Positions 44,801 to 62,059 of a stretch of DNA of 64,000 nucleotides are shown one piece after another (the first letter of the stretch is position 1; the number at the start of each line of letters is the position of its first letter). The position numbers were made by a program, and so were the translations under genes. The DNA lies in NCBI RefSeq assembly GCF_009914755.1, contig NC_060925.1; one strand, 5' to 3'. This DNA comes from the human T2T-CHM13v2.0 reference genome, Homo sapiens. The notes beneath the pieces are model-generated. The model searched no databases. It saw nothing but the letters and a program-made list of their open reading frames with translations, and had not been told where the DNA came from.

Positions 44801-45079
44801 AAGAATAAGTGCTACAGAGTTAACAGCAAAAAGATGATCTGATTGGATAAAATACAAAATCCAACTATATGCTATCTATAAAAGAAACACTAAAATATAA
44901 GGATATAGGGTAAAAGAAAAAAGAATGAAAAAAGATACATCAGGCAAAATCTAACCAAAAGGAAACTACTGTAATTATTTTAAGATCAGAAAAGCCAAAA
45001 TTCTTACCAGAGATAATCACTTCATAGAAACAAACAAAAAAACCCACTTCAGTTTATCAAAAAGTTATAATAATTTTAA

Positions 45080-45472
<393 letters not shown>

Positions 45473-46554
45473 TCTTAGTAGGTCATTTTAATACTCCTTT
45501 TTCAATAATTGATTGAACAAGCGAATAAAAGTATCAATTGAAATTTAGAGTATTTTGAACAACCCGATGGAAAAACTTGACTTAATGAACACATATCATT
45601 GCCTTGACCAGTGCAGCATATCCATTTTTTTCAAAATACGCAGAATATCTTACGAAAATTGGCTATATGCTGACTGTAAAGCAAACCTACACAAGTTTTA
45701 AAAGACTGAAAAATGTAGATGGAGTCTTCTGAGCACAACCAAATTAAGCTAGAAATTGATGATAGAATGATAACTAGAAGGGTTATTGTTTTGAGGAAGA
45801 AAAAACACTTCTAAATAACCCTTGGTTCAAAAAAGAAATGCTTATGGAAATTAGAAAAAATTTAAATCGAATGAAAATATAAAATACTACAAATCAAAAT
45901 GTGTGAGATGAAGCTAAAGCAGGACTTGAAGAAAATTTTGTACTCCAAATGCCAACATAAATAAAAAGATTAATCAAATTTAACAATGTATAAAACTGAT
46001 AATACATCCTGACAAAGCTGAGTTTATCTCAAGAATGTAATATTTTAATATAGAAAATTATGTTTATTTTAACATTACTAGATGAATGGAGGAAAGTCAT
46101 GTTATGATAACTAACAATAGGTGCAGAAAATATATTATCCAGTATAACATTTAGCAAAGCATTTAGCAACGTGGAAGTAAGCATTGTAAACATTTAGCAA
46201 AGTGAAAGTAGAAAAGAATTATTTAATTTAATAGAAGGTATCTATAAAAATAAAAGGGGAGAGAAGAAGAGAAAGCATCATTTGTAATGATACAATTTTG
46301 AAAACTTTCTTTTTGAGATTAAAAGAAAATGAGATGAGAGTGCTATCTCTCACCACTTACATTGCTCTGGAGATTTTAACCAATGAAATAAGGCAGGAAA
46401 AAAAGAATAAAAGATGTAATGTTTAGGACAAAAGAAATAATACTTTATTATTTAAAATATGATTTACATACTATTTTAACTGATGCAGTTTACTTTTACC
46501 TTTTTTTTTTTTAAAGAAAACATACAAGATATTATTTTATAGAATGGAAGAATA

Positions 46555-46856
<302 letters not shown>

Positions 46857-47009
46857 AGAATGGAAGGATAAATGATTAGAATTAATGAGTTTGGTATGCA
46901 TGCTAAAAGATTAGTGTACAAAATTAAATTATATTTCTGCGTATCAGCAACAGAGAGTTAGAAAATGAAATTTTTACAAAGGTAATCATTTACAAGATTA
47001 CTTTTACAA

Positions 47010-47385
47010 GAATGCAAGGCCCCAACAATTCTTCGTGCAGGCCACAAGGGGTTGCTTTTGCAGTGAAAAATCTTGCAGGACAAGATAATGTCTTCCTCTG
47101 GAGAAAAGAGCAAGCCTGCTTCTTGCTTGCAATGGAATAATGGCTTTCCCAAGCTCAGTGTTCCTCAGCTGTCAGGCAAACCCCCTCCGTGCATAGCATC
47201 CACCTGTAATCCTTCATGGGACTTGGGTTGAGGAAAACCAATGCACATGCTGCTTGCTAGGCCGTAAGTAATAGAGTTTTCATCTCTTCAGGAGGCTTGT
47301 GTCTTCTGCCAGCATTCATGAAACAATAATAGGTCAACTTATTAGCTTGTAAGTAGTATAAAATCAAATCTCAGACCCAAAATAG
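47010..47385 (+). mobile_element. Solo LTR (LTR47-like)
   Basis: GTGTCTTCTGCCAGCATTCATGAAAC...TTAGCTTGTAAGTAG...ATCTCAGACCC. Boundaries approximate. Confidence 0.55.
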
Positions 47386-48369
47386 TACCTGGAAGGGAAT
47401 CTAATAAGAGACATGTAAAACCTCTTAGATGAAAATTATAACTTTTTATTGAAAGATATTAAATAAGACATAAATTGAGAGGTATTCGGTGTTCATTGAC
47501 TGGAGGACCCAACATTGCGAAAAGGCCTATTCTTCCAAGTTGATGTATGGAGTTAGTGCAATTCCAATTAAAATTCTCACTGTTTTTTTTTGTGTTTGTT
47601 TGTTTGTTGTTGTTGTTGAAAACTTACAAGCTGGTTAAAGAACTTGTTTGGAAAGGCAGAGTCAAGAATAGCCGAATTCACTGACAAGAAAGAACAAGGT
47701 GGGAGGTCTTGCCCTAAAGATATTAATAATTGTTTTAAAACCGTAATAATCGAGATGGTGTAGTATTGGAACAGAGATCAACAAAAAGAAGTACATTAGA
47801 AAGATGGCACTGTGGATCAGTGGGCAAGATAGACTTGTAAATAAATAGTAATGGGGAAATTTGCTACTCATATGGGAAGAAACAAAAATACATTCCTGCC
47901 TCACATCATATATTGTGTTGAATGATATAGAATAGCAATTTTGTAGGTCAAAAGCTGTCAAGTATAGGCAATTTTATTCGACCTAATGAAACCTAATAAT
48001 AATTTAATTCAACCTAATTAAAAATTCTGGGTAGATTAAAAACCTAAATGTAAAAGGTAAAACCACAACGTTTCTGAAGATAACATGGGAGAATATATTC
48101 TTGTCTCAGGATCAGAAAACAAGGCCAACAAACACTAACCATTAAGGAAAAGATTGATAAATTTGACTACATAAAAACCAAAAAATTCTCTTTATTGAAG
48201 ACATCATAAAGAGGGTGGAAAGACAAGCAAATAGTACAAGATAAGATATAAATGCACATAACTGAAAAATGCTTCCTATCTAGAAAAAAAAAAACTCCTA
48301 AAACCAATAAGAAAATGACAAACAACCTAACAGAAAAATGGTTCAATGAGTTATGCAGATCTTTCAAAT

Positions 48370-49090
48370 CTGACATATCTTATTATACAATATCAAAAAA
48401 TTACATTTTTAACATGACTACTGATCTCATCAGAAAAGATCTTAAATGCTGGGAAGCTGTCAAGCTTACTGTGGTAGATACAAATTTTTCAAAATTCTAA
48501 TTTTCTCTTGAGAGCTCAAATTTTATCAAGATTGTTTTCCTTGAAGTGACAGGTTCACTTGCTCATTTTTGAGGAAATGTCTGCCAGATACCCAAGTCTG
48601 AGAAAACCATAGTTTGTCAGTTGTTCTTTCAAGTAAAAATGGCATTTCATGAAAAAAGCAACTAGTTCAGCTGGTGATTCAAACAATCACGCAAGTTCTT
48701 TTCCTCAAGACGATCATTGTACTTGGGTATGCCGCAGAAGTGCTTTAAGCATTCTTTCCATTTAGTCACACAGAATTAAAAAGACATGCAATCACGGTCA
48801 AGATGTACTAAAGTTAATAATTTCTGCTCTTTTGTCAAGGATATTCTTAAGGGAAGTGATTTTTTGTTTGTTTTACTGGGAATAAAAAATATAATTACTG
48901 TGAGTACGGTTTGTTGCCATTGCCTTGATTTGTGCTAAGACCCCTGTAGTTTTGCCAACCATTGGTGCAACTGTCGATGTGAAGAAATTTTTCCTTAATA
49001 TTGTTATAAAAATAGTGTGGATTTTGTGGGTCCCCTGAAAAGGCCTCATGGGCTCCTAAGGATCCATGGACTACAGTTTGACAAATGTTG
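48370..49090 (-). mobile_element. Charlie1-like hAT DNA transposon fragment
   Basis: TGGGAAGCTGTCAAGCT, GTCTGCCAGATACCCAAGTCTGA, GTTGTTCTTTCAAGTAAAAATGG; terminal GGACTACAGTTTGACAAATGTTG resembles the TIR. Confidence 0.75.
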
Positions 49091-49467
49091 ACCCAGAGGG
49101 GTGATTTTGCCGATGTCAACAAGGTAGTAATAAAAACACCTAAAATCCGTGTGGTCATTATCTTTCTTTTCTGCCATAAGGTCTCTTGGGACCATTCTGC
49201 CTGAAATGGTAATCAGGGCATTTTGATGGGTTCTATATGATGAAGCACTTTTGACATAACTCATTTGACTACACAACTGACATGACTTTGGGATGGATGC
49301 AGTGAGTTCAAAGACGGACAGAAATTAAGTTCAACTCTCCTTAACTTTTTTTCAAACCTGGAAGTTAATAATAGACTTCTTCTTTTTAGACTGGGTCAAA
49401 ACTTTCCTGATGTCTAAATGTCATAAATCTACTTACCATATTTTACAAGGTAAGATGCCTTTAATAG

Positions 49468-49850
49468 TGTTCAATTAAACTACATTTGGCCTGAGGATGC
49501 CTCCATACTTTGAATCCTTACATAATGAACTGCAACCTAACTTAGTACATAAAGTAACTCAAAGCCTAACTTCTGTCACAAATGGCTGAGGCTCAGCCAA
49601 TCACAACAGTGGAGCTTCAGTCAGTTGCAGGCAGCCCACGGATCAGGTGATGTTCAGAAAAGGTAAACGCAGAGCTGTAACCAATAAGGCTGTTTCTGCA
49701 CCTCACTTCTGTTTTCTGTCCATTAATGCTTCCTGCCCACGTTGTGGGGAGGAGCTCTCTGAACCTCTGCTGCTTCTGAGGGATTCAAGAATATATTTTT
49801 TGCTCAATTAAACTCCTAAATCTAATTTGTCTAAAGCTTTTCTTTTAACA
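49468..49850 (+). mobile_element. MER57-family solo LTR, inserted in an MLT1J/K-like remnant (~49445-50270)
   Basis: TGTT...TTTGGCCTGAGGATGCCTCC...CAGCCAATCAC...CTCAATTAAACTC...CTTTTAACA. Confidence 0.8.
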
Positions 49851-50277
49851 GTACCAATTAACAGAAAACCCAACTGAAACTGTCTTAAACAAACAAACAA
49901 AAAAAGGAGATACATTCATGATTCCGGGTCAGAACTGACTTAGCAATTTGAAAATGTAATCAGAACTCAGTTTCTTTCAGAGTTTCTGTTTAGCCTCATG
50001 TGGTGTCAGCTTCATTCTAAGCCTGGCTTTTTTTCATTTTAAGCCTGGCTTTTTTCCCTAGTGCAGGGAAAATGAAAGCACTGGTTCTTAGAGTTTCTTT
50101 CATACACTACAAAATTTAGAGAGAGTGAGAATTTCATTTCGTGAAGCTAACAGACATCTGCTGTAATACTCTTGAACTGAATTGGGACATGTGTTTCCCC
50201 TTGAAAAGATAACTGTGAGCCAGAATGGGATTGTAATAATTGATGTAGGCCTGAACAACTGTGTTCTACCCCTGCAG

Positions 50278-50481
50278 CAGTGGTTTTCAAAGGGAAATGA
50301 TTTTGCCCCCGTGGAACAACTGGAGGGAGGGAGGTGTGCTACTGGTATCTAGTGGGTGGAGGCCAGGGAAGATGCTAAACATGTAGCAATGTTATGGTGC
50401 ACAGGACGGTCCATCCCTCCACCCGCCAACAAAGAATTAGCTGGCTCAGAATGTCAATAGTGCCAACATTGAGAAACTCTG
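50278..50481. mobile_element. MER20 hAT MITE
   Basis: TIRs CAGTGGTTTTCAA / TTGAGAAACTCTG; TGCTACTGGTATCTAGTGGGTGGAGGCCAGGGA. Confidence 0.85.
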
Positions 50482-52242
50482 CCCTAGGGGAAGGTGTGTA
50501 TATCTGAATGAATTTGGGGGAATTTAGCAAGAATAAAGGGAATAGATGTTGGGGAGGCAGGCAAGTATTAAGTCTATTACGTATACTTTTCCCCACTTCT
50601 GGTCTATTGGAAGACCTTTCCTGTGGAAAACTATCTTCTATTTGGCCTCAATTCCCACTCAGGAAATTGGGAAGACATTTTTACTTTCATTAGGAATAGA
50701 AAAGGATTCAAATGTTGCTGATTGCCTTTGAATACTTTAAGGATTGAATAAGTGTGATAGTATCTGAAGTGAAAGGAAAAGAAAATTCTCTCTTAGGTGG
50801 ACACTGTGAAAGTTGTCAGAATCAAAATGGAGTTGCTTGTGTTAAAAAAAAAATCTTGACAAATAGATCCAGGGAAGGCCATGAAGAGAAGGTTCTCATG
50901 CATATGTGACTGATAATAAGAATATCACAAAAGACTGAAAAAAACACAACTTTGCACAAAGGCCATTACAACCTTACGCAAAAAAATACTCCTGTGGGGA
51001 CAGCTGCCCAGCAACTGCCTGTCCAGTCTTGAGCTAGTGCTACTCTTGTTCTTGATCCTTGTAGTCAAGGATAGTTAACTACAGTGTGTGTGTTCCCATT
51101 GTAATGCTGCACCCCCAAATAAGCATCACTTTCTTCTATACAGCTTCTCTGATAGAAATGGTGTCCAGAAGTGGGACCTTACATAAGATCACTTTTGGAA
51201 GGAATTGGTGATTCCTGGAACTGATATGCAGTACTCACCTGAGCTCTATGGGCTCTCTCCTTCATGGCTCACCTTTTCTGCACAAGGAGTCTTGTCTCAA
51301 GCCAAACCCCCTTCTTTTTGGTACAGGCTTTTTGAATTTATTCGGGATTTGGTTTTGTTATAAGGCTATCTTAAATAAAAACCTTGCATCTATCTGTCTT
51401 GGGACCGTGAAAGTGTTTTATTTTTTTTTCTTTTTTTTTTTGTTCGTTGAAAGCCTTTTCTTGTATAAAGACAAGTGTCCTGGTCTGAGTAGCTTGGTTT
51501 CTACAGGATTTACATTCTCTGTGGGGCATATCTTTTCTGGTGAATTCATCTTGGTTCTGTGTGCCTAATTTAATATTGTGTTTGATCTGTATGCCTGATT
51601 TAAAATATTTGTGAACACACTGATTTCAGTTTCATTTTGGCGTGGTTAGGTGTGCGTACAAATGATTTGACTCTTTTCCCTTGCTTGTTTTTGAAAATCT
51701 TCTGAGTGCAAAAAAGAACATTCTAAATGGTGGATGCAAGATGGCCAGTTAAAAGCCACTTAGGACAGTCACCACCATATAAACACCAGTCCAAACTCCT
51801 GATATTCCCCGATCAAAGTTATAGGATTTTCTTTGCTCTGGAAAGATTGATAAGAAAGGGAATGGGATTCTCAAAATTCTAAGGCATGCCAGTTTTTCTA
51901 TGGCCCCAGCAGACTACATCGCTTTTCTCATGTGCATTTCTAAATCCATGGCTATCATGGAGATGATTTGAACTCACCAAGCCTGTTTTTCTTGGAGCTG
52001 AAGTAAAAACTGCAACTACAGAGTTAATATATAGAGCCTTCTAAGATCTCTCGTTATTTATTTATTTTTTTCCAGCCTACTTCTGACCTTTGTGCTGATG
52101 TTGAGATGAACACCAAATATTCAGAGCCTACAAAAATGATTAACAGGGAAATAACTTGAAGTGATGACTTGCTTTGTTCAATATGTCAGTTTTCATAAAT
52201 GGTCTAGGTAAATTTTTGAAAAATAAATAATTTAGGTAAAAA

Positions 52243-55490
<3,248 letters not shown>

Positions 55491-55780
55491 AATAAGTCAA
55501 ATACATGTTTATAAATGAACTTTTCATGTGATTTAAAGTCTTAAAATTATGTTAAATTAAGTGATAGATATTAACGTCTAGGTCATTTACAAATAAGATA
55601 AAATACTGAGATGTAGCTGACAGTTCAAAATTTCTTGCTTCCTAGGTTTTCACTAGAAATTGAGGTTACTAAGAGTCAAAAATTCTAAGTAATATATAAT
55701 TCTGTTCACAAAGTGTACCAAAAAGTAAGATGTGTTTTTAATGAGAGAAATTATAAGGAAGGCATAAAAATGTATTCCTC

Positions 55781-56082
55781 AGCCAGGCGCGGTGGCTCAC
55801 ACCTCTAATCCCAGCACTTTGGGAGGCAGGTGAGCGGATCACGAGGTCAGGAGATCAAGACCATCCTGGTTAACATGGTGAAACCCTTGTCTCTACTAAA
55901 AATACAAAAAAATTAGCCAGGTGTGGTGGTGGGCACCTGTAGTCCCAGCTACTTGGGAGGCTGAGCAGGAGAATGGTGTGAACACAGGAGGTGGAGCTTG
56001 CCGTGAGCCAAGATCGTGCCACTGCACTCCAGCCTGGGCAGCAGAGTGAGACTTTGACTCAAAAAAAAAAACAAAAAACAAC
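55781..56082 (+). mobile_element. AluY
   Basis: GAATGGTGTGAAC and GGAGCTTG; TSD AAAA(T/C)GTATTCCTC. Confidence 0.92.
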
Positions 56083-57876
56083 AAAACGTATTCCTCATTG
56101 AGAAGAAAAAAATTTAGTCTCAATCCAGAGGCTTGTTTCCAGAAGTAAATTTAGAAAAGACGTAGAACAAGATAGAAAGGAACCAGTAAGTAGTAGAGTG
56201 AGAGATGTGAAGAAAGGTACAGGTATAAAGATGTATTTTTGGTAAGGAAGATTAAAAAAGAACAAAAGAAAAATTTTCTATGAGAAAGAATTTTGTGTAG
56301 TGAATTTTTTCCTAAAGTAAAATGACTAGTTATTTAAGAAAGAGGAAACACAGGACAAAGCAAAAGGCTGAAGCATGTCGTTGACAGTCTGAGTAAGTTG
56401 TGATAAGGTTTGTGAAGGATGAATTTAGGAAAGAAATTTTGTCTGTGATCAAGTTGGCTATAATTAGATGGAAATTATGTCTTTCTAAAGATTGAGCTTT
56501 GATATAAAAATTGAGCTTTTGATATGAAAAATTAAAAAGATTGAGCTTTGATATATAACTAAAAAATTTTGGTTCCCTGTGTTAGCACAACCAAGTTTCT
56601 TTTGAAGTATTGATCTTGTCTTAGTAAAAGTTGCAAGAGGTTTTGATTTTTGATTCTGAAATCTGTTTCTTTTAATTTTCAGTTATCTTCTGAACTGCAG
56701 CTTCTTCCTGTTGTACAGTTTATGTTTCTGCCACATTTCTTCCTGAGATACATTTAGTTTTTCCTAGTTTCTGGTTAGAAATGCTGTTTTCCTCATTTAG
56801 AATGATAATTTCAATTATCAAGGTAAAGTTTTCCTCTTGAAGTTTCTTGGATTCGTATATCAGAAGTTCAGCTTTTGCTGTGTCTCTGCATGAGATTTGT
56901 AGGTCACATATCATTGCCTTCTGATCTCCTCCTTTCTCTCCTTGAGAAGGTCTGGGATGAGAACTCTCTCCTTAAATATTTTTGCCAGCTCCTATAATGT
57001 TCTCTCTATTTCTATCCCTACTGTTATGGCCTGACACTGAAATGTTTCCCTTGAAAGCCTAGCAAAGCAATGTTTTCCTCCAGTATAACTTGACTCCCTA
57101 TTCTTGGCTTTTCTTGATGTGTCTTGATTGCTTCATGTAGCCAGAAAACTTCCCATGCTATTACTAAAAGCCATGGATTACCCTGCTCAAGGTGTTGGTT
57201 TTCCTGTTTATGTTCCTCTTTAATGTGGTGTACACTCATAGCTTTGAACATGTTCTTCCTGTGTCTGATTAAATTCAAGTGCCTTTTCATCAGGTTTGAC
57301 TCCAGGATATCTAAATGGGTTTCCCATAAAAAGAAGCAATCATACTGCCAGAAGATTTTAATAAAAACAAAATCCTTTTGGTAACTGGCCTGAGAAACAA
57401 AGATTGTATATTTTATTAAGATAATTTCATGTTGTGTTTATTAGGTTTTTGATTACTTAGAGAAACTGAGTTTTGATGAGGTTAAGGATTTTTACATCCA
57501 CGTAACTTTCTGTATTGCTTTTGAAGTCTTTTGATTATCACTCTAGTTAAATGAATAGCTAGTATTTCCACAGTGACCTGTGATCCTGTTTTGATCAAGT
57601 GTTTTAAACCTTTGGGTACCTTTGAAAGACTTCCCCATATCAAAATTCTAAATTAAGTATTTTTGACCTAAAATTGACTTTGATATTTTTCAGTGGTGTC
57701 CCTGGAGAGCTTCAAAGGATGTATTCCTCATCTTGTAGAGAGATATTAAATGATTAGGCTTATTTGGTAAATTATATGGGAAACATTGTCAAATGAGAAG
57801 TGATACTAGATCTTTTTCCAGTTACATTTATGGGTATGTTACTAATAAAAATGTTTCAAAACTGTATATAAAATTC

Positions 57877-58167
57877 TTTTTTTTTGAGACGAAGTCTCGT
57901 TCTTGTCCCCCAGGCTGGAGTGCAATGGCGCGATCTCGGCTCACTGCACCTCTGCCTCCCAGGTTCAAGCGATTCTCCTGCCTCAGCCTCCCGAGTAGCT
58001 AGGAATACAGATGCCTGCCACCACGCTGGGCTAACTTTTGTATTTTTAGTAAAGACGGGGTTTCACCATGTTGGCCAGGCTGGTCTTAAACTCCTGACCT
58101 CAGGTGATCCTCCTGCCTCGGCCTCCCAAAGTGCTGAGATTACAGGTGTGAGCCACCGCGCCTGGCC
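57877..58167 (-). mobile_element. AluSq-like
   Basis: Full dimer; TSD TATAAAATTCTT (57867-57878 / 58169-58180). Confidence 0.92.
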
Positions 58168-58539
58168 CTATAAAATTCTTAAAAGTGTAATATGTCATAT
58201 CTGTAACAGTTCTGGTTATTATATTGAATGCCACAAAAATCCCAAATTCCCTTGTCAATTGCTGATTGTAATGAACTTTCATCAGATTTTTAACGATGGC
58301 TATTTTAAGTCTGTCTTCCACGTTATCGTCTCAATTTTTCTCTAAAAGCATTTGTAATCAGATTCATGGAAAAGATACTAACAAGTATTCTTAAATACAG
58401 GTTTCTAATAGCTTTAAAATCAATGGACTAAATAAAAATGTCCCAGAATTCTAATAAAAATACTGATGGATTCATGAAGATGCTAATCAAGACAAAGCAG
58501 AACAAAATTAATGACATTGGAAAACTGGTGAAAAAAACG

Positions 58540-58838
58540 TTTGTTTCCTTTTTCTTTGAGACGGAGTCTCACTCTGTGCCCAGGCTGAAGTGCAGTGGTG
58601 CGGTCTTGGCTCACTGCAGTCTCCGCCTCCAAGGTTCAAGCTATTCTCATGTCTCAGCCTCCTGAGTAGCTGGGACTACAGGCGCACATCATTAAGCCTG
58701 GCTAATTTTTGTATTTTTAGTAGAGATGGGGTTTTGCCATGTTGGCCAGGCTGGTCTACAACTTCTGACTTCAAGTGATCCACACTCCTTGGCCTCCCAA
58801 TGTGCTGGGATTACAGATGTGAGCCACTGCACCAGGCC
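58540..58838 (-). mobile_element. AluS (Sx/Sz-like)
   Basis: Full dimer ending ...CACCAGGCC. Confidence 0.9.
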
Positions 58839-59111
58839 AAAAATAATGTTTTTATGACTTTTATTTGAAACATCATTCGTTCTTTACTTAAATGCTTTAT
58901 TTTTCAGATTTAAGGAAATTTTATCTCTTAAGCTATCTATTTGGTAAGGTATACTGCTGTGAACAAAGGTGAAAACATTTGCTTTTTCTTCTTATTTGAT
59001 CCCTCCAAAATTTGAAAACATTTGTGAGTATTCTTCTTCTTCTTGTTATTTTTTGCAATATGGTTACTTGCATAAATTCAATAAGAATCTGCTCCCTTTA
59101 TACAGGATATG

Positions 59112-59404
59112 CCTTTACCTCATTATACTCCTGAAAGCAAGATGGGTCACCAGCAGCTCTGCTGGAGAAAATTCAGCCAGGGTTTGCACTCTTGCTGCGT
59201 CTGCTCAAACTGGCATAGTCTGATCCAGAAATATGGCCTCAGTAGGTGCCACCGGTGTTTCCATCAGTACATGAAGGATATAGGTTTCATTTAGTTGGAC
59301 TAAGTGATCTTCTTTAAATGGATTATCCAAGGCATCCATGCAATGAAAGAAACCATGTTACCTATTTTTACATAAAATAAAAATTTTATAAAACAAGCAA
59401 AAAA
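59112..59404 (+). pseudogene. RPS29P: Processed pseudogene of ribosomal protein S29 (uS14)
   Basis: CDS 59142-59303 reads [52 protein letters not shown], versus RPS29 [56 protein letters not shown]. Intronless, with a pyrimidine-rich 5' UTR, AATAAA at 59376, an A tail and a diverged TSD. Confidence 0.95.
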
Positions 59405-61529
59405 TATAACAGTATACAATAGAATTCATTGGTTATATTACCAAGGCTTTGACTGAAATGTCGTATTTGTGAATGTGCATAGAATGCCTGACTTCAAAGA
59501 TTCTCACCCTTACAGTGAGTGAATGAAAATTGTCACTTCCTGGCAGGCCCAAGAACCTTCAGACTATAAGTGAAATCTAAAGTCTTCCTTGATGTGGCTT
59601 TCTAGCCTGAGGAAGTTTTGAGACTTTGATTTCTTTTTATCACTTTTTATCTCAACATTGATCACTTTTTATCTCTACGTTGAATTACACAGGAAATTCA
59701 GATTTGAGTTCCTATGCAATTCCTATGTACTTTCTATGTTTTAAAAACACTAGAATACTCCTTTTATTAAACTGTAGCCATATGCATTGTTTCCAAATTC
59801 TTGTTATCTATCTATAGACTGGACTAAATCCTAAATTCTTCTAGTTTCTTCCAGTTCAATTTTCTTCCATAGAATTACCAAAAATAAGAAATGCTTTGTT
59901 CTGGAAGCCCTATACACTGAAGTTATTAATAGGTAAATTTTAAGGAACAAGTCTCAGGGTTGATGTATAGGTCATACAAAGTTCATCAAACTGTCTGATG
60001 CCATCAACAAAGACATTCGAACTGCAAACCAGTACAAGAAGGTGATGTTTTTATGCTGTAGACGGCTTTTACCAAGATATTAGAACAGTATTCCATATCA
60101 TAATGAGAGTCTTACGCCTCTTAATTTCTACCTTTTTCATTTGGCAGGATAATGGTTGTATGATTTATTTAATTGGTTGCCTTTTTAAGCCAAGGTTCAT
60201 GGCTGAAAACTGTTATGCAAACTGGGATTGGCATATTACAATTAATTTTACTTTGTATTTTTATTTTTAAAACTTTGTATCTGTTACTTGTTAAATTTTT
60301 GCAGACATATAACTCCTGAGAAAATAATGCAGGCCCAACACTTGAGATGATGATAAAAGACTATGGAACAGACAAAATTGAACCTAATAATGAATTGGGG
60401 TAGATGTAGCCTGAGAGCTACTCCCTTCAAACCTCCCTTGTTGCTCAAATGTGGTTAAAGGGATTTTGACACGTCTCCTAGGCACCATTCACTCCTTCCC
60501 ATGAGGAACCAGACCAACAGTCTGGGATAGGTCCATCCCAGCATCCAGGGACAATGAAAACCTAACTACAGGATGATTGATCACTGGTGCTTTTGGAGAA
60601 AGATCTTGATCAAAAAGGGGAAATGTGAAAGCTTTCAGAATCAAAATGAGGTCACTTGTGTTAAACAAACAAACAAGAAAACAAACAAACAAAATCCTGA
60701 CAAAACCAAGGAAGGCCATGATGGGGAGGTTCTCATGCATAAAAGGCTGATAACAAAAACTGTCATGAAAGACTGCAAAAATCACAACATGGCACAAAGG
60801 CCATTGCAATCTTAAACACACACACAGAAAAATACTCCTGTAGGAACACTGCCCAGCAACTACCTGTTAACATTGAATTGGCATCACCCTTGTTACTGAT
60901 CCTTGTAGTCAAGGACAATAATCTCAAAAACAATTATGTAATCCTCCTTACTTTTCCTTTAAAGGTCTTTGTCTTCCTTTATCTTCCCAACTATGCTCGT
61001 AGTTTACTATGGCATGTGTATTCCAATTGCAAAGCGGTATTCTCCACAAAATACCATTTTTCTTTTAAGAGAGTCTCTGTTTGTTATGTAGGTTGACAAC
61101 ATCAAAGTATTATGGTTTCCCTAAATTATTAGGTAATCTGTGATTTTCTGGGCTTCCAGTTCCCTAGCTGGATGTTGTGACCAAGCCAACTGTATACTTA
61201 TAAGGCCTTCCAAATAGTTTCTGCAAACTATTATACATCCTGAAATAAAATGCCTAAATATTTGCAGAGGCCCGTATGGCTGCTTCTCAGACAAAGAAGA
61301 GAGAACTCTGACTGTTGAGAGTATCCTCAGAATCCATTTCATCCTTTATACACACACATTTTTTTTTTCATTTTTATTTGACTTCTTAGAGAAAGAAGAG
61401 GCAGAGAATCTGAAATGCCTTTTCCTTTTTCAATCTGACTTTTTTTAGGTTTCTCTTGAACATAGACCCCCCACCCTTCTGCCCCCCACCTCCCGTATTT
61501 CTCTAGGGGTTTCACTCACTCTAGTCATA

Positions 61530-62040
<511 letters not shown>

Positions 62041-62059
62041 ATCAACCTTTTAAAGTTGT

